Positions 42,609-56,815 of a DNA stretch of 64,000 nucleotides are shown piece after piece. Made by a program: the position numbers and the translations under genes. Location of the stretch: assembly GCA_951406725.2 (NCBI GenBank), contig OX597829.1, positions 8,370,001 to 8,434,000 on the forward strand, in the 5' to 3' direction. Each line of letters starts with the position of its first letter. The first letter of the stretch is position 1. The notes beneath the pieces were generated by a model. It was not told the origin of the DNA, searched no databases, and saw only the letters and a program-made list of their open reading frames with translations. The stretch is from Octopus vulgaris (lineage: Eukaryota).

Positions 42609-42800
42609 AACATCTCCCACATACAAGACGCAAGACGCCAATGGCTGTCAAACGCGTCAAAAACACCCATCTTCTTTGGATTAATTAGTGCTTTTTCTGT
42701 AGCTGTGACAATATTGATATTGTTTGTGGTATTACTGCCTACGGTGTTAGCAGACAGACTTGAAGTCACTTGTGGAAATACTGCATCATTTTTTGATTGA
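42609..42800 (+). CDS. Candidate terminal exon with one transmembrane-like segment, unknown product
   Basis: tcttattctctaccAG acceptor, then NISHIQDARRQWLSNASKTPIFFGLISAFSVAVTILILFVVLLPTVLADRLEVTCGNTASFFD*. Confidence 0.3.
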   Translation, partial: NISHIQDARRQWLSNASKTPIFFGLISAFSVAVTILILFVVLLPTVLADRLEVTCGNTASFFD

Positions 42801-43119
42801 GACACAGCAGTTATACAAATATTGTTTTAAATGCAGCACAGTTTCATTTCAATTATATAATAACAGAATGCTGAAAAATCTCATGCGAAAATCTGTGGAG
42901 ATTGATATATATATATTTGTGTTTATATCAACTGAAATATCTACACATCTATTTATTCATATTTATATTTTCTTCACACCACCCTTCTGCCAGTCATTTA
43001 GTACCTTGTAAACCATATAGATTACATAGACATCAAATAATATATATGCATCTATGTGCAGACATGCATACGTATTTACCAACCACGAGCGATCGAGGGT
43101 GGTTTATATATGTACATAT

Positions 43120-43184
<65 letters not shown>

Positions 43185-46100
43185 TGTATGTATGTGTGTA
43201 TGTATGTATGTATGTATGTATGTATGTATGTATGTATGTATGTATGTATGCATGTATGTGTGTGTGTTTGTTTCGTTGGTATCCCAAAAAAGCAACATAT
43301 ATTTACAACACTGTTATTATTGCTTCTGCTGCTGCTGCTGCTGTTTTATTTATTTAGTTATTTCGTTTTGGAATTGGTATCGTTGTTTCTGCTGTTGTTA
43401 TAAATCAGTCATTAGAGTATTCGATGCGTAAAATATTGAATCCAAATTTCGCATTTATGCTCTTGTTTAATTCCCTTTATGCAAATATCTGGAATTCCGC
43501 TTCAATTTTTCATCTTCTCAGAAGATAATGCAATAAAGTACCGTTCAAGAACTGGGATCAGTTTAAAGCGTTTTGGTTGAGCTAGCTCTAAATCATTATA
43601 GCCATAAAAATATGTGATCGCAGAGGATATTTGCACAAGGGTGATGCATCTGAAAAATTAGGAGAGATTTAAAAAAAAAAATCTCTCTTTTACACAATTC
43701 TACTGGCTGAGTTCCAATATTCGTTGAGTGTTGAGCATTTTGAAAGATCAGGTGTATGAAATACAAAAATGAAGTCTGTGGAATGTCAACCTACATAGTC
43801 TATTGAGTTAGTGAACGCATATCTTGTAATGACCTGGTAACTATTCTGGGCATCGACCAGTAGAGCCTGTAGATGAATTTCAACTTCGGGACTTTGAAAT
43901 ATTTCCAGAATACTTTTATCGTATTGTGAAATAGGAGTCAGTATTGATACGTTGTCATTTCAAGAGATATTAGCATAGCAGATCACCCTGCAACCTGACC
44001 CTTTCGAAATGTGTGCAAGGTGATGAAACACTCTGGCACATAATCGTTTAATATCTATGAGTTGTTACTTTATTGGATAGCTGTAGAAGGCATCGGTTAG
44101 TTAGCTGGATCTATTGTAAAAATCAACCAATTAACCTACTTTCTTCATTTGCAAAGAAGGGTGTGTGGCATTCCTCATACCTTGTGGCTATGTCGAAGGA
44201 AATTGCGCGGGGAATTTGTGTGGCAGTATCAACCTTCAATAGCCTCCAATAGCAATGCCGTTGTTAACAGGAAGAGACCACTTCTTTGTTGTATCAGGAT
44301 AAACCACTGTAGTTTGTCGATGCTCACATGTAAAGCTCCTCCACAGTTTCATCTCAAACTCGTTGAGAATTTTTATACAATTTTCGTAAACAAATATTCT
44401 AAACTGCTAATCATCTTTGCTTCAAAAACTATCATTTTTGTACAAACAGATATTCCTTATCTTCCTTGCCTCACAACGCATCTTACAGTTTATTTTCGAG
44501 ATCTTGCCTTTCTAGAACCACCCTCACCAATGCATTTATCGCTTAAATTTTTTCACTAGTCAAACAATAAATCATTTCCTTTTCTGTTTGTGGAGGACCA
44601 AAATGTCTTTTGGCAGCAAAGTTTCCATGTTATTTTTCTCTTTTCGGAATTAGTTGCATTTATTTTGTGTTTAGTATGACAGTTTCTTTTCTTTTTATTG
44701 TGAATCAGAAGTGTCGAAACAGAAGTGTAAATAAGAAAAAAAATATTTTGCTTCCTTTGCCTCAGGTACATTATTTCAGGTTTCGCTTTCGCATCCGACT
44801 TGAGGGTAAATACATGTCAGAGAGACGAGTAGCTAATAGAAATTGAAAAGTCAGAAGATCGCCCACTAATTACGTTAAGCACTTTGAATGGTCAACTGCA
44901 TTGTAAATTTGAAACCTAAGTTGAGCACTGAAAAAGGATTTTTGTTTGCTAAAAAGTTAGGCCTGAAATTCTTCAATAACGAAAACAGTATTTCTTTATG
45001 TGAAAACCTCTTTCGCATCATCCATTAATTTACATGGAAATTAATCCAAGTGATTTTTTTTTTCCATATGAACTCCTTTTCTTTATATGCATGACCTTAA
45101 TGAGATAACCAAAGATTCTGTGTCCTCAAAAGTGGCGCTCATGGAAGCCTGTAACACGATAATTCGTGTAGGCAGTCTATCGGTTTCTGATCAGTTTATC
45201 AATCCTTTAATGATTAACTAGCAATGTTGTAGAACTTCATAGAATACACTCACAAGAGATAGCGACTTCTCTCTCGGGCTTCGCCAATTTATGCTCTTAC
45301 ACCACGCACCGTATCATATTTGTGGCCAAAGTAATGGAGAACCTCACCAGAGATCGCTAAGATAAGCAACAAACTCAAGAAGTATGGTCTGTGTATGATC
45401 CTCCCTAATCCTTTACGTTGGTGCTCCAGCATAACCGTATTTGTCTTAGCTGTCGAACGTTCAATGACCTAGTTGTCACTGTATAAACTTCAATGACCTA
45501 GTTCTCTTGGCTGCATAGAAGCTTCATTATACAGTTGGATATTTCGTAATCAGCAGTGTTTAATTATTTTTCTATGTATATATACAAAGCAGAAAGTTAT
45601 GAGACCCAGATGTACTAAATGAAAACAAGATCTGTAGTTCTTCATGGACCTAATATGTTATGAAATTCCCCACACGATTGCTATATGATTTTATAGGCTC
45701 GTGGCTAGTAGGTTATAATCTGTTGCGCTTGTTGTTTAACCCGCGTATCTACATCAATACTTTACTAATCAAAATCGTTTCAAGTGTGATCGTCCAATAC
45801 TTTTTCGTTTTTGAGAGTGTAGAATATGAGGTAAAGAAACCTTTACTGCTATTTCTAGCTAATTGACCTAGAAAGTAGTGGCTCGTATTTTGGCTCATAG
45901 GGGATCAGTTTTATCTTTGGGCAAAGTATTTAAACATTCCCATATAACCTTAATTGTAGAGTTATGTTTCATCTTTAAAAATATCTCGTCTGAAGTGATC
46001 TAACGAATTTTTATGATTTAAAGGACAAGGTTAATGTGTTGATAAGATTTAATCTAGATTTCCATCTTTCTATCGAGACTATGAAACAACCAAAGAATAT

Positions 46101-46354
46101 AACATTCATGTATGTTTTAATTCGTAATTGGCGTCCACCCAAACATGTTAGGAATTTACGAAATAATACTTAACTATACTTCAAATTCTATATATTACAT
46201 GGTTCTCATTAAGTATTCTTAAGTTTAATATCCATATAGGGAATAAAACGATTAGGACGTGATGTTTGTACAAATTTGTTTTACTTTTTAGTTTATTTTA
46301 ATATCTGTTTTCCATTTCCTCCGTCTCCCCACTTAAAATATAAAAAAAACAAAG

Positions 46355-46433
<79 letters not shown>

Positions 46434-46557
46434 GTATATATATAAAATTAAAAATATATATTACTTTTGTTTCCTTTATTTTATTTTATTCCCTTGTGGC
46501 AATGTCTGCAAATAGTTGTTTCATACCAACAAAAATAGCAAATAATACCAATGACAT

Positions 46558-46830
<273 letters not shown>

Positions 46831-47534
46831 TTTCTTTATTTGCCACAAGGGCAACAAAAGATGCATGTTTACAAATACGAATTACAGAAGCGATGGATAT
46901 TAACATACAAATGCGAGAATAGGCACAGGGAAACAATACTATGAGTAATGCAAATGAAGTATTTCAGTATGGAAATAACACCATGGTTCAAACAGAGGAA
47001 CATTTCAAATCCGCGTTGCCCTTACAATTGTGAACAAGTATCCTCACCAATCGCGTTCTCCGAATTACGACTATACTCACTACACCGACCATATTTGAGT
47101 ATATATACTGGAGAGTAGCACCTGCTGCTAAATCATATATATCTTACGGTTAAGTCCCTTTACTTATCTCCATTTTCTAAAGTATGTGTGTATATAAACC
47201 ATCATCCCGTTGTTATAGTGGCAGTGGCCTTTGCGTGTGTGCGTGTGCGTGTGTGTGTATGTGTGTGTGTGTGTGCGTGAGTGAATATGTGTATGTATGA
47301 AAGAACGCATGTGTGTATGTATATATTTATATATATACACACACACATATATAAACATGGGTACATATTCAAATGCTAATATATGTATATACATTTGTTG
47401 AAGCATATCAATGTATGTACATATGTCTAAATGTATCTATCTATCTATATACATGCATACATACACGAGCAGAGCATGTCTGCAACTACATGCATGAGAA
47501 TATATACATAAAACAAAACATACAAATCTGAATA

Positions 47535-47582
<48 letters not shown>

Positions 47583-47644
47583 CATACATACATACATACA
47601 TGTATACATGCATGCATACATACATACATACATACATACATACA

Positions 47645-47678
<34 letters not shown>

Positions 47679-48869
47679 CATACATACGTACATACATACA
47701 TATGTACAAAAATACCCTGTTGATGTTATTGAAATTCCAATGGAGGTGCCTTGGATCTAGGTTAGAAACCAACTCTTTCTCTATTGGCAAAAAATCTTGA
47801 AAGAAAACTGAGCGATGATATACATATAGCCACGTACTTACACAGCCTATCCCACCCAACATTCTGAGCATATTCCACCATCCAAATTATAATATAACTG
47901 TGCTCTTCTGTTTTGTTGTGGCGTAAGAGAGATGTTTTTAAAGTAAATATACAAGCACAAATAAAATATATACACAAAATAAACACATTTAAAAGAGAGC
48001 AAAAAAGAGCCTATATGAGTGTGTGTTTGTTGATTAATTTCGTCACACACGTGTGTCAAATTTAAGTAAATAAATTTTTTTTAAATGCCCACAAATTCTT
48101 TTTTAGAAATATTTCGGTCACATGATCAGTTAGCTACTTGCATTATATTTAGTTTTCGCTTTATTACAACTTACATATGCGCGCAAAGTTTATTTTCGTG
48201 TATAAGCTTATGTACAGACACTCACACACGTACACATCAAACTTACAAAGAAGCACACGCATAATGTTAACACCTACACACATATCTATATGTATATAAA
48301 TGCATATATGCACATGTTCGTGTGTGTGTGTGTGTATGCATAAGTATACACACACTTGTATACATGCACTTTGACGGGTAAATATTTACGTATTAACACA
48401 CTGACATACAAATACCAAACTCAAATCCATAGTTAGCATGTTGTTCCTCTTTATGTTTAATGACCACAGCCTACTCTTCCTGTAATCCTGCAAACCCATT
48501 CATGACCCAAGGTATTATAGCTGTAACAATCTGTAATTTTTGTGGATATACTTTCTTTAGGAAAACATTATCCAGTGTTTTTTTCTTATTTTAAGATAGG
48601 CGAGATTAGATGGATATTTCGTTGCTATTTCTTGAACAGTGATTGATAACGAAAAGGATATTGTTATAGGCGTGTATCAAATATCAAATATAAACGTATG
48701 CATTGAATACTAACTAAAAATACACATTTATAAACGAATATATTTCTCTTTGAGGTACAGAAGAATGAAATAGTATTAAGTCGGTTATTAATGGCCAATT
48801 AACAAGACGGTTTATTACCATTACATTATAATATAAATTTCTGATATAGACATACATAGCTGATAGGTT

Positions 48870-49125
48870 AAGGTCGACCCAGTACACAAATGTGAACTTA
48901 TTTTATTAATCCCAGAAGGATGGAAGTTGAAGAAAGCACGATAAAATTTGAACTCAAAGTCTAAGGAGTTTTAAATCTCTACCGCTAGAATCGTTACCGC
49001 GCCGGAAAAATATGCTTAGTGGCATTTCTACCTTCTTTACGTTGAGTACTAGTTGAGTACAGGGGTCAATTTAATCGAATTTCACCCTCTTCAACAATGG
49101 CTGGTCTCGTACCAAAATTTGATAT
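48870..49125. mobile_element. Two decayed SINE family A fragments (minus then plus)
   Basis: gtcgacccag...gaaggatggaag...tttgaactc; then atgcttagtggcatttc...ggggtcaatttaatcga. Confidence 0.45.
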
Positions 49126-49568
49126 CAATATTATATAATAATATTTACTAGCGGAAACTATTGAAATTCTGCGTTTTATGATTGTTCTATTTAGATTTAT
49201 TGATTAATAGATCTTCATAAAACTGTTTAACTACATTAGAGATTGTACATGTGTCTCTGTTAAGGTTGTTGAAAGCATAACGTTTTCTTCTAGTGTGGAG
49301 TTATCAGTGAATACAAACTGATAACAAGTTTTACTGAGACAGAAGTGTGCAGCGAGCATTTTCACCGCAGGTGCTGGACAACTTTCATCTGTTAACTGAA
49401 ATATTTGTGTTATCAAACACAATATGTCCATAAGAGTTGTTATCGCCGGACAAATACTGCAGTAAATGTACTTTTCGCCATTTATTTGAATTAAGGTTGC
49501 ATGAATATAATACTGCTTCTGTTGTACATAACGGATATATATGTATATATATATATACATACATCGTG

Positions 49569-49850
49569 AAGGCGCGTGACGTAGTGGTTAGGTCATTCAG
49601 CTCATGATCGAAAGGTCGTGATTTCGATTCCCGACGGAGCGTTGTGTTCTTGAGTGAGACACTTTATTTCATGTTGCTCCAGTCTACTCAGCCTTGTCAC
49701 ACTCGGTGTCATGCTGAATCCCACTGAGAAGTACGTGAAGGATACACGTGTCTGTGGAGTCCTCAGCCACTTGCACGTTAATTTCACGAGCAAGCTGATC
49801 CGTTGATGGTAACAACTGGGACCCTCGTCGTCGTAACCGACGGAGTGCTC
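49569..49850 (+). mobile_element. SINE family C
   Basis: ggcgcgtgacgtagtggttagg...atttcgattccc...accctcgtcgtcgtaaccgacggagtg. Confidence 0.8.
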
Positions 49851-49852
49851 CT

Positions 49853-49898
<46 letters not shown>

Positions 49899-51646
49899 TA
49901 GATAGATAGATACATATAGGAGTGTGTATGTGTCTGTCTGTGTGTAGGTATATATGAAACCATACTAACCAGTAACTCCGCTCTACAGTAAAGCAACAAC
50001 CAATGAAAACTAATTTGTACAAAATATTTTTAGTTTGCCATCCTCTTCTTTTAAACTCTCTGAGATTAACTTTAAAACAATACTGAAGATGCTTAAAATT
50101 TATTGGCCTTTGCCCAGTCTGACAATACGCAGCATTCTGATTAATACCATCCAATAGAATGAGTTTATTACAATAATGTTGAAGTCATTTCCACTAATAT
50201 GAAATAGTAACAACTTCGGTTTGCATACATCTCTAGGAATGTTACATGATATCGTTTATCCTCACATTGGCGAAAATGCCATTTCGGTCTTTGTTCCAAG
50301 TGCAATCGGTTATGAAATCAAGAGTTTAGCCGATGTGATCAAAATTCAATATTATCTACTGAAGCTTAAATTATATTTTAAAAATTGTAAATCTCTTATC
50401 AATTTCCGCAAAAAACTATTAAAATATAATTCTTAGAACTGACTGTGTGTATTAAAAAAAAATGAACCTGAAAATTTTCCAGTAGACAATATCATATTCA
50501 AAAATTCTTTTGGCACGGATTTTTTTTTTCTAAAGAATCATTCTAGAAATTCGATGCCGTATTTCTGTCTTTTAATTTCGTTATTTCTTAAAACACAGAT
50601 CCGTCGAGACTTCATGCCATACTAAACCCCCCCCTCCCCAACTAAAAACAAAAACAAATACAACAAAAGAAATCCCCTGAACCTGACCTCTCATATAAAA
50701 CATATTCAATATTATCTTACACTCTCACTATAAATCATTCTTCCATGTACAATTCTATACAATGTCTTTACTTCTGTCATTCTTGACATGTCAAATCTTT
50801 TCAATACCAAACTAAAACCATTCTCCCCCAAAAAAGTAAAAGAAATGAAATAAAAATAAGATTTCCAAACCTCCATTACCAAACCCAACTTTCTAGAACA
50901 GCGTCGAAATTCAACTTCAGAATCCAATTCCAGAATCAAACCATCAATCCACCCAGTTAAAGAAGTTACCGAGTTACATTTATTTATACTTATTTATCTC
51001 CTGCTGCTGCTGCTGCTGTACCCCCTCCTCCTCCACCATTACCACCATTCTCATCATCATCATCGTTTCGTTTTAGTTGTCACAAAGTCAGCATGATTAT
51101 CATTTCCTGGCATCTGGCATCTAGACAACAGTTCGGTGCTCTGTGCGTTGGGAATGTGGCTAGAGATGCTTCCGTCTTTGCATTGTAAAGGGAGTTAATG
51201 ATAGGTTTGAGTGACCACAATATCAAGGAGATTTGACTACATATATCTTCTCGAAGTCCATAACAGGGCTACTGAAGGGGAGGTATTGCTAGTTTGGAAC
51301 AGATTCTTCAATTACAGGTTGCCAGAAAACATTGCTGATTCAGAATGAATTTTAGAAACTGGGTCTTTCATGTCTAGGTTTGGCTTTGATTCAAGCCTTT
51401 TGTAAAATTCGTGTTACCGCCTGTAAAGAGAGACAGTTCCCCTCTGATAAAACAGAGGAGAACCATCTGTCATTAAAATATAAAAAAACATAATCAATAA
51501 GATTGTAAAATCTGAGGGTAGACACTTTTCTCCTCGGACTGAACCCCATCACTTTCTTTTCGTTTGATGAGAATCATGAAAGTGGAATCAGAGCCACTGT
51601 TCACACAAACTTGTTGACAAGTTATTAGTTTCATTGTTCCACTTAC

Positions 51647-51685
51647 ACATTGTTTTGTAATGTGCGAATCGGTTGATTTCTTTTT
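51647..51685 (-). CDS. Candidate 39-nt micro-exon (KEINRFAHYKTM)
   Basis: attttcAG acceptor, GTAAGT donor, length divisible by 3. Confidence 0.15.
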
Positions 51686-51812
51686 CTGAAAATCCAAACT
51701 TATCAATGCCTAGGATCTGACGCTGGTTTCAAATAAAGCATATTACTCTACCTCTGGTATTTGAGTACTCTTTTTTCCACCTTGTTTCACATTTATGCGT
51801 TTACTCCTGTAT

Positions 51813-51844
<32 letters not shown>

Positions 51845-52182
51845 ACACACACACAAACACACACACATACACACACACAGATACATATATACATAACACA
51901 ATATCTGTGTATCGCAGCATTCGCGATACACATATATTGTTTTGAGCTGAGTGGGGGTGCTAGATTCTCTTGTTCGAAAATATAAGGACACAGATGGTGT
52001 TATATAGCTAGCTGGAGACGATGTCTGCTGGGGCTAAATTACAGCAGCATTTGTCCTAAAAGAGGACTGGCATGTTATGTAGGCAAAAATCTTTACTCCA
52101 AAGTACTGTTGTTGAATATCTCTCGTGAGATTTAAAAATAGTAATTTTCTAATATATATATATATGTTTATGTATCTGTTTA

Positions 52183-52336
52183 GACTTTTCTCTATTTCAG
52201 AATAAGAGCTTGACTCGAAACGTTAAGTCCTCATTCTTTCCTTTCCTGAGCGTCTGATAATACAGTACTTGTACCACGTTCTCGCGTTATTAATTTTTCT
52301 TGTTTGTTCTTGTTTGTTCTTCTTTGTTTGGTTTCA

Positions 52337-52340
<4 letters not shown>
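52183..52340 (+). mobile_element. Penelope-like pLTR fragment with degenerate hammerhead (related copy near 35965-36085)
   Basis: gactt...taagagcttgactc-GAAAcgtta-agtc then ttcctgagcg; similar layout at 35978 ttgaagataggctcgaaacgtta...ttcctgagcg. Confidence 0.45.
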
Positions 52341-52387
<47 letters not shown>

Positions 52388-52652
52388 TTATAAAATGAGA
52401 TAGGGGTTGAAAATTCAACCCACCATGGGATAATATATATCCAATATACTGCTAGATAGGTACCCAACAAAATTAATACATAGATGTTAAAAATTGTCAA
52501 GCAATCAGTTCATCTATTGTATTAAATGGGTAAAGGTAATAATATTACCGTAAATTAATACTACAAAATTAGAGAATGGAGAAACATACTTAAATCAGTA
52601 AAACATCAACTATCCGATGATACTCAATCCATACTTTAATACACATATATAA

Positions 52653-52696
<44 letters not shown>

Positions 52697-52894
52697 TATA
52701 TACATATATATACAAATATATATGTATATACATACATATATATATCTAATTATATGTACGCACACACACACACACACATATATATATGTCTATATATATA
52801 CATGTGTGTGTTCGTGTGTGTGTGGGGGAGCGTGCGTGTGGGTATATGCGCGTGTGCGTTCGTGCTTGTGTGCATATGTGCGCGCATGCATTTG

Positions 52895-53100
52895 TGTTTG
52901 TCTCCTTTACCGCTTGACAACCAGCGTTGGTGTGTTCATATCATCGCAACTTAGCGGTTCGGCAAAAGAGATCGATAGAATAAGAACGAGGCTCAAATAA
53001 AAATTAAATTCTGTGGTCGATTCAGTCGACTAAAAACTCTTCAAGTCGATGCCCCAGCATGAACGCAGTCTAGTAACTGAAATAAGTAAAAGATAAAAGA
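52895..53100 (+). mobile_element. SINE family B 3' half
   Basis: cgcttgacaaccag...cttagcggttcggcaaaagag...ccagcatgaacgcagtc. Confidence 0.75.
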
Positions 53101-53619
53101 CACATATAAATATCTATATATGTATGTGTACATGTATTCATATATATACACTCGCTTATAGACACTCACTCGCACACACGCACGTACACATACAAATATA
53201 TATCTTTCATGCAAGGAAGCATAAACTAGGTTTCGTCTTTCTATGAACGGTTCAGAGTCCAAGAAGCACTCTCTTAAGATATCCTTCGAACCTCCAACAC
53301 AACTCAATATACACCCGCACAAACATGCGCGCGCATTCAGATGTATGCACACACACAGATAGTCTTGTACATATATACATATATGTGCATATATGTATAT
53401 AGTATTAAAATATTAACAAACTATCACATGTGCGTATATATATATATTAGCTCGCCTGTCGATATCGACGATGACGAAGGGTTTCACATGAGAGTAAAGG
53501 GCCGAGTGTGTGTTCGGCTGTGGCCGATCAGACCGAACTGTGCTCGAAATTTCGGTTGCAAGTCAAGCACTGGTATTCTGTTGGGACTGAAGAAAACTAG
53601 TTAGCTCTGGACATTTTCT

Positions 53620-54830
53620 TTCAGCTCCTAATATATTCTTCTATTTGCACGAGGTGACATCTATGCGAGGCAAGCTTGTCTTGAGCTTATATTCCCCAGG
53701 TGTCGGGGTTCATCTCAAAGCTCTTCGGTTAGACTTTGAGTCTTTCCTTCCGGCGCTTCTTCTGTCCACCTTGTGTGCGCTTCTCTTCCGCCAGTTCATT
53801 GCAAAATAGTCTTTTGTGTCAGTCACTCGAACAAGGCAGCCTGCTCAACTGACTTGTGCTCTCCTCAGTAGTATTTAAATGCTTGGTATATCAGCTTGTG
53901 AGAGGATCTCTCTCTTTGGAACTTGTCTAGTCAGATGAGTTTACACAACTTTCTCAGACAGTTCATGTGGAAGCCGTTTAGATTTTTGGCGTGGAGTTCG
54001 TATATCGTCCAAGTCTCGCAGGTGTACACCTGCCTGGTACACATTCAACTTGGTGGCCAACCTCTCCTCTCCAATATTTATTCACATAGCCACCAGAATG
54101 CTGAGTTTCCCTTGACGGTGCGTTTGTCGTCTCCATTTTCAATGTGCTCAGATCTGTTGAGTGTGGTACCGAGGTACGTGTACAACAACTTCCAGATTTA
54201 CCTTTCGGCAGTGATAGTAAGTTCCACAAATAGCTTCTGGGGGGCAGGTTGGCGGGTGATCTTTATCTCCTGAGTATTAATTGTGAGGCCAATGTTGTAC
54301 AGATGATGGAAAAGCAGTTTATACTCTACTCTATCTGGGTCTCTGTGGCGACATAAAGTGTGCAGTCATCAGCGAGCAGGAAGTCGCACACTGAAACTTC
54401 TTCCACCTTGGTCTTAACCTGTAACCTGTGTGGGCTGAAGTGTCTGCCATCAGTCCTGAATCTGACCTTGGTTCTGGTTTCACCATCGTTGCAGATGAGC
54501 CCAACAACATGGCTGAGAATATTATGCTGAATAGTATCGGTGCGAGTACAAAGCCCTGTTTGACTCTGTTAGTAAATGGAAATTTATCCGAAGAATCACC
54601 ATTGTCCAGTGAACGAGTAAGCATGTCCTCGTGAAACTATAGCACCATGCTGATGAATATGTCATGGCAGCCGAACTTTTCCATGATTATTCAAAGCTTC
54701 TCACCACTGTTAGATTTACAAACGTCGTGTGTATGTCCGTGTTCTGTTCCTGGAACTTCTTCAGAGGTAGGCGAGCTAATCCAAAGAGCAACACCGTAAG
54801 ATGTACTTGCTCACCCAAACACCTCGTACA
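53620..54830 (-). mobile_element. RTE (BovB-like) LINE reverse transcriptase remnant
   Basis: LDNGDSSDKFPFTNRVKQGFVLAPILFSIIFSAML; VCDFLLADDCTL (FADD motif); TYLGTTL; LNGFHMNCLRK; frameshifted. Confidence 0.85.
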
Positions 54831-55127
54831 CCCCAAAATGATATACACGCTTTGCACACACACACACACACGTGTATATATGTATGTATATATGGTCGGG
54901 CAGACTATGAACAAAAGCACCCCTACCATAGCCGGCCCGTTTTTTTATTCTTCGTCATTGTATGCACTTTCATATCACATGCATCGTTTTAAAGACTGTA
55001 TTGCTGGTTTAAGAGAGATTTAGCTACTATTTCTTGATTTTCACCTCCATGGCTAATTGTTTTCATATAACAGTATGCGTCACTGTGCATTTGTGAGTCT
55101 GTTTATGTGTTTGTATGAATGTGTGTC

Positions 55128-55162
<35 letters not shown>

Positions 55163-55276
55163 ACGCGCAACTTGAATTATTTGATTACTTTTTCACGTAT
55201 GAAAATACGTTATCAGTGGTTGTAATATTTTATCGCTCATATATCACATGACAAGCAATATAGCATCTTATATATA

Positions 55277-55568
55277 CAGGGTAGTTGCAAAGTTTGGATA
55301 CATAGGCGAAAATGCTTATTTTCAATAATTTTATTCTGTTTCATTAATGAATAACATTTTCCGCGAGGTTTCTACCGTTAGAGATGTAAAGTTGAGTGTG
55401 CTTTCTGAGATGCACACGAAGTTGATGCAGTAACTCTATATTTCCATAAGTTTGAGCACATTCATTCATGAGGCGTCATTTTAGATGTACAGCTTCTCGT
55501 TCAGTATACCCCATTCTAAAGCAATATTAGTGATATATGCCATGTATCCAGAATTTATCGTCACCCTG
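55277..55568. mobile_element. Tc1/mariner-type MITE (internal deletion derivative)
   Basis: Imperfect TIRs cagggtagttgcaaagtttggatacat and (revcomp) cagggtgacgataaattctggatacat; TA on the left flank. Confidence 0.6.
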
Positions 55569-55609
55569 CATATATTCAGACATGCATATATATATTTACA
55601 CACGCACAA

Positions 55610-55677
<68 letters not shown>

Positions 55678-55883
55678 CTTTGTATTTTGTATATGTGAAA
55701 TGTCTACGAATGCACTAATAACAACTCCTGTGCTGCTTGTCGCTGGCCACAGTATATTATTGCCAACATGTCGAGTTAGCTGTATGGGAGTATTATGTAT
55801 ACGGGACTCTATGTAGTTTAGACTAAATATATCAATAACGAGAAATACTTCATGGGTGGAGATTTTACATTTTTATTAACGCA

Positions 55884-56002
55884 TTGATACATACGTTTCG
55901 GCATGGCATGTATTTTTATGGGACCAATTTTCCATATCCAGAGGATATTATTAAATATATTATAGGATCCCATTAATTCCACATGAATACTTCTTCAGGC
56001 AA
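55884..56002 (-). ncRNA. Type I hammerhead ribozyme-like motif, left arm of palindrome
   Basis: Minus strand: ttgc-CTGAAGA-[~90-nt stem II with atgggatcc/ggtcccat]-GAAA-cgtatg-TA-tcaa. Confidence 0.6.
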
Positions 56003-56018
56003 AAAACTAATGCAAAAA

Positions 56019-56147
56019 TTGCATGAAGAATTATGTATGTTGAATTAATGGTCTTCCATGGATATTGCAAATAATATTTAATATATCCTATGGATATGAA
56101 GGGTTGGTCCCATAAGAATACATGTCATGCCGAAACATATGTAGCAA
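56019..56147 (+). ncRNA. Type I hammerhead ribozyme-like motif, right arm of palindrome
   Basis: ttgc-ATGAAGA (C3 altered)-[~100-nt stem II]-GAAA-catatg (palindrome)-TA-gcaa; stem I ttgc/gcaa. Confidence 0.55.
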
Positions 56148-56339
56148 TTCATTAATAAAAGTATAAAATCTCCAACTGCGTTTCTCGTCATTAAGATATA
56201 TATGCTACGAGAAAAGGAAAATGGAGATATACCTATTATTTTAAGGAAAGTAATTCCTAGAAAATATTAGGTATTGAACCAGTATTTCCTTGGAACAAAC
56301 CATTCCTTCATGAGGCTGACACAATCTCTCATCGTGCAT

Positions 56340-56374
<35 letters not shown>

Positions 56375-56540
56375 ATATAGCTGAGTTAGATGTTAAAATA
56401 ACCATCTAAGGGTTAGAAGTATCCATTATACTACCGGTATATTACCTATGTCTAATCATGGGCATACATATGCAAGCATATTATGCTCATAAATTAAAAG
56501 TAAAGTCATAGATAAATATGAGTTTATCAAGAATCAAAAC

Positions 56541-56710
56541 ATAAAGAAAACAGAAAAAAGGAGAAATATTGATGAACAACAATTGACTGACATCAATTAT
56601 TATTTATTAAATAGACCGGATTCCAGCCTGTTTCTTTTGAATTATTAAATAATAATTGATGTAAGTCAATTGTTGTTCATCAATATTTCTCCTTTCTCTG
56701 TTTTCTTTAT
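56541..56710. repeat. ~70-bp near-perfect inverted repeat with 30-nt spacer
   Basis: 56541-56610 versus the reverse complement of 56642-56710 differs at about 4 positions. Confidence 0.9.
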
Positions 56711-56725
56711 ATATATATATATATA

Positions 56726-56783
<58 letters not shown>

Positions 56784-56815
56784 CGTGCGTGCGTGTACGT
56801 GTGTGTGTGTAAGCT

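Noticed and set aside
43690-45450. Possible Tc1 or piggyBac transposase traces (ILKDQVY; VSIDK)
   Set aside because: Motifs too short to distinguish from chance.
56205-56470. Further hammerhead-like fragments (also 52390-52540, 53220-53290)
   Set aside because: Core nucleotides too degraded to call; probably decayed pLTRs.
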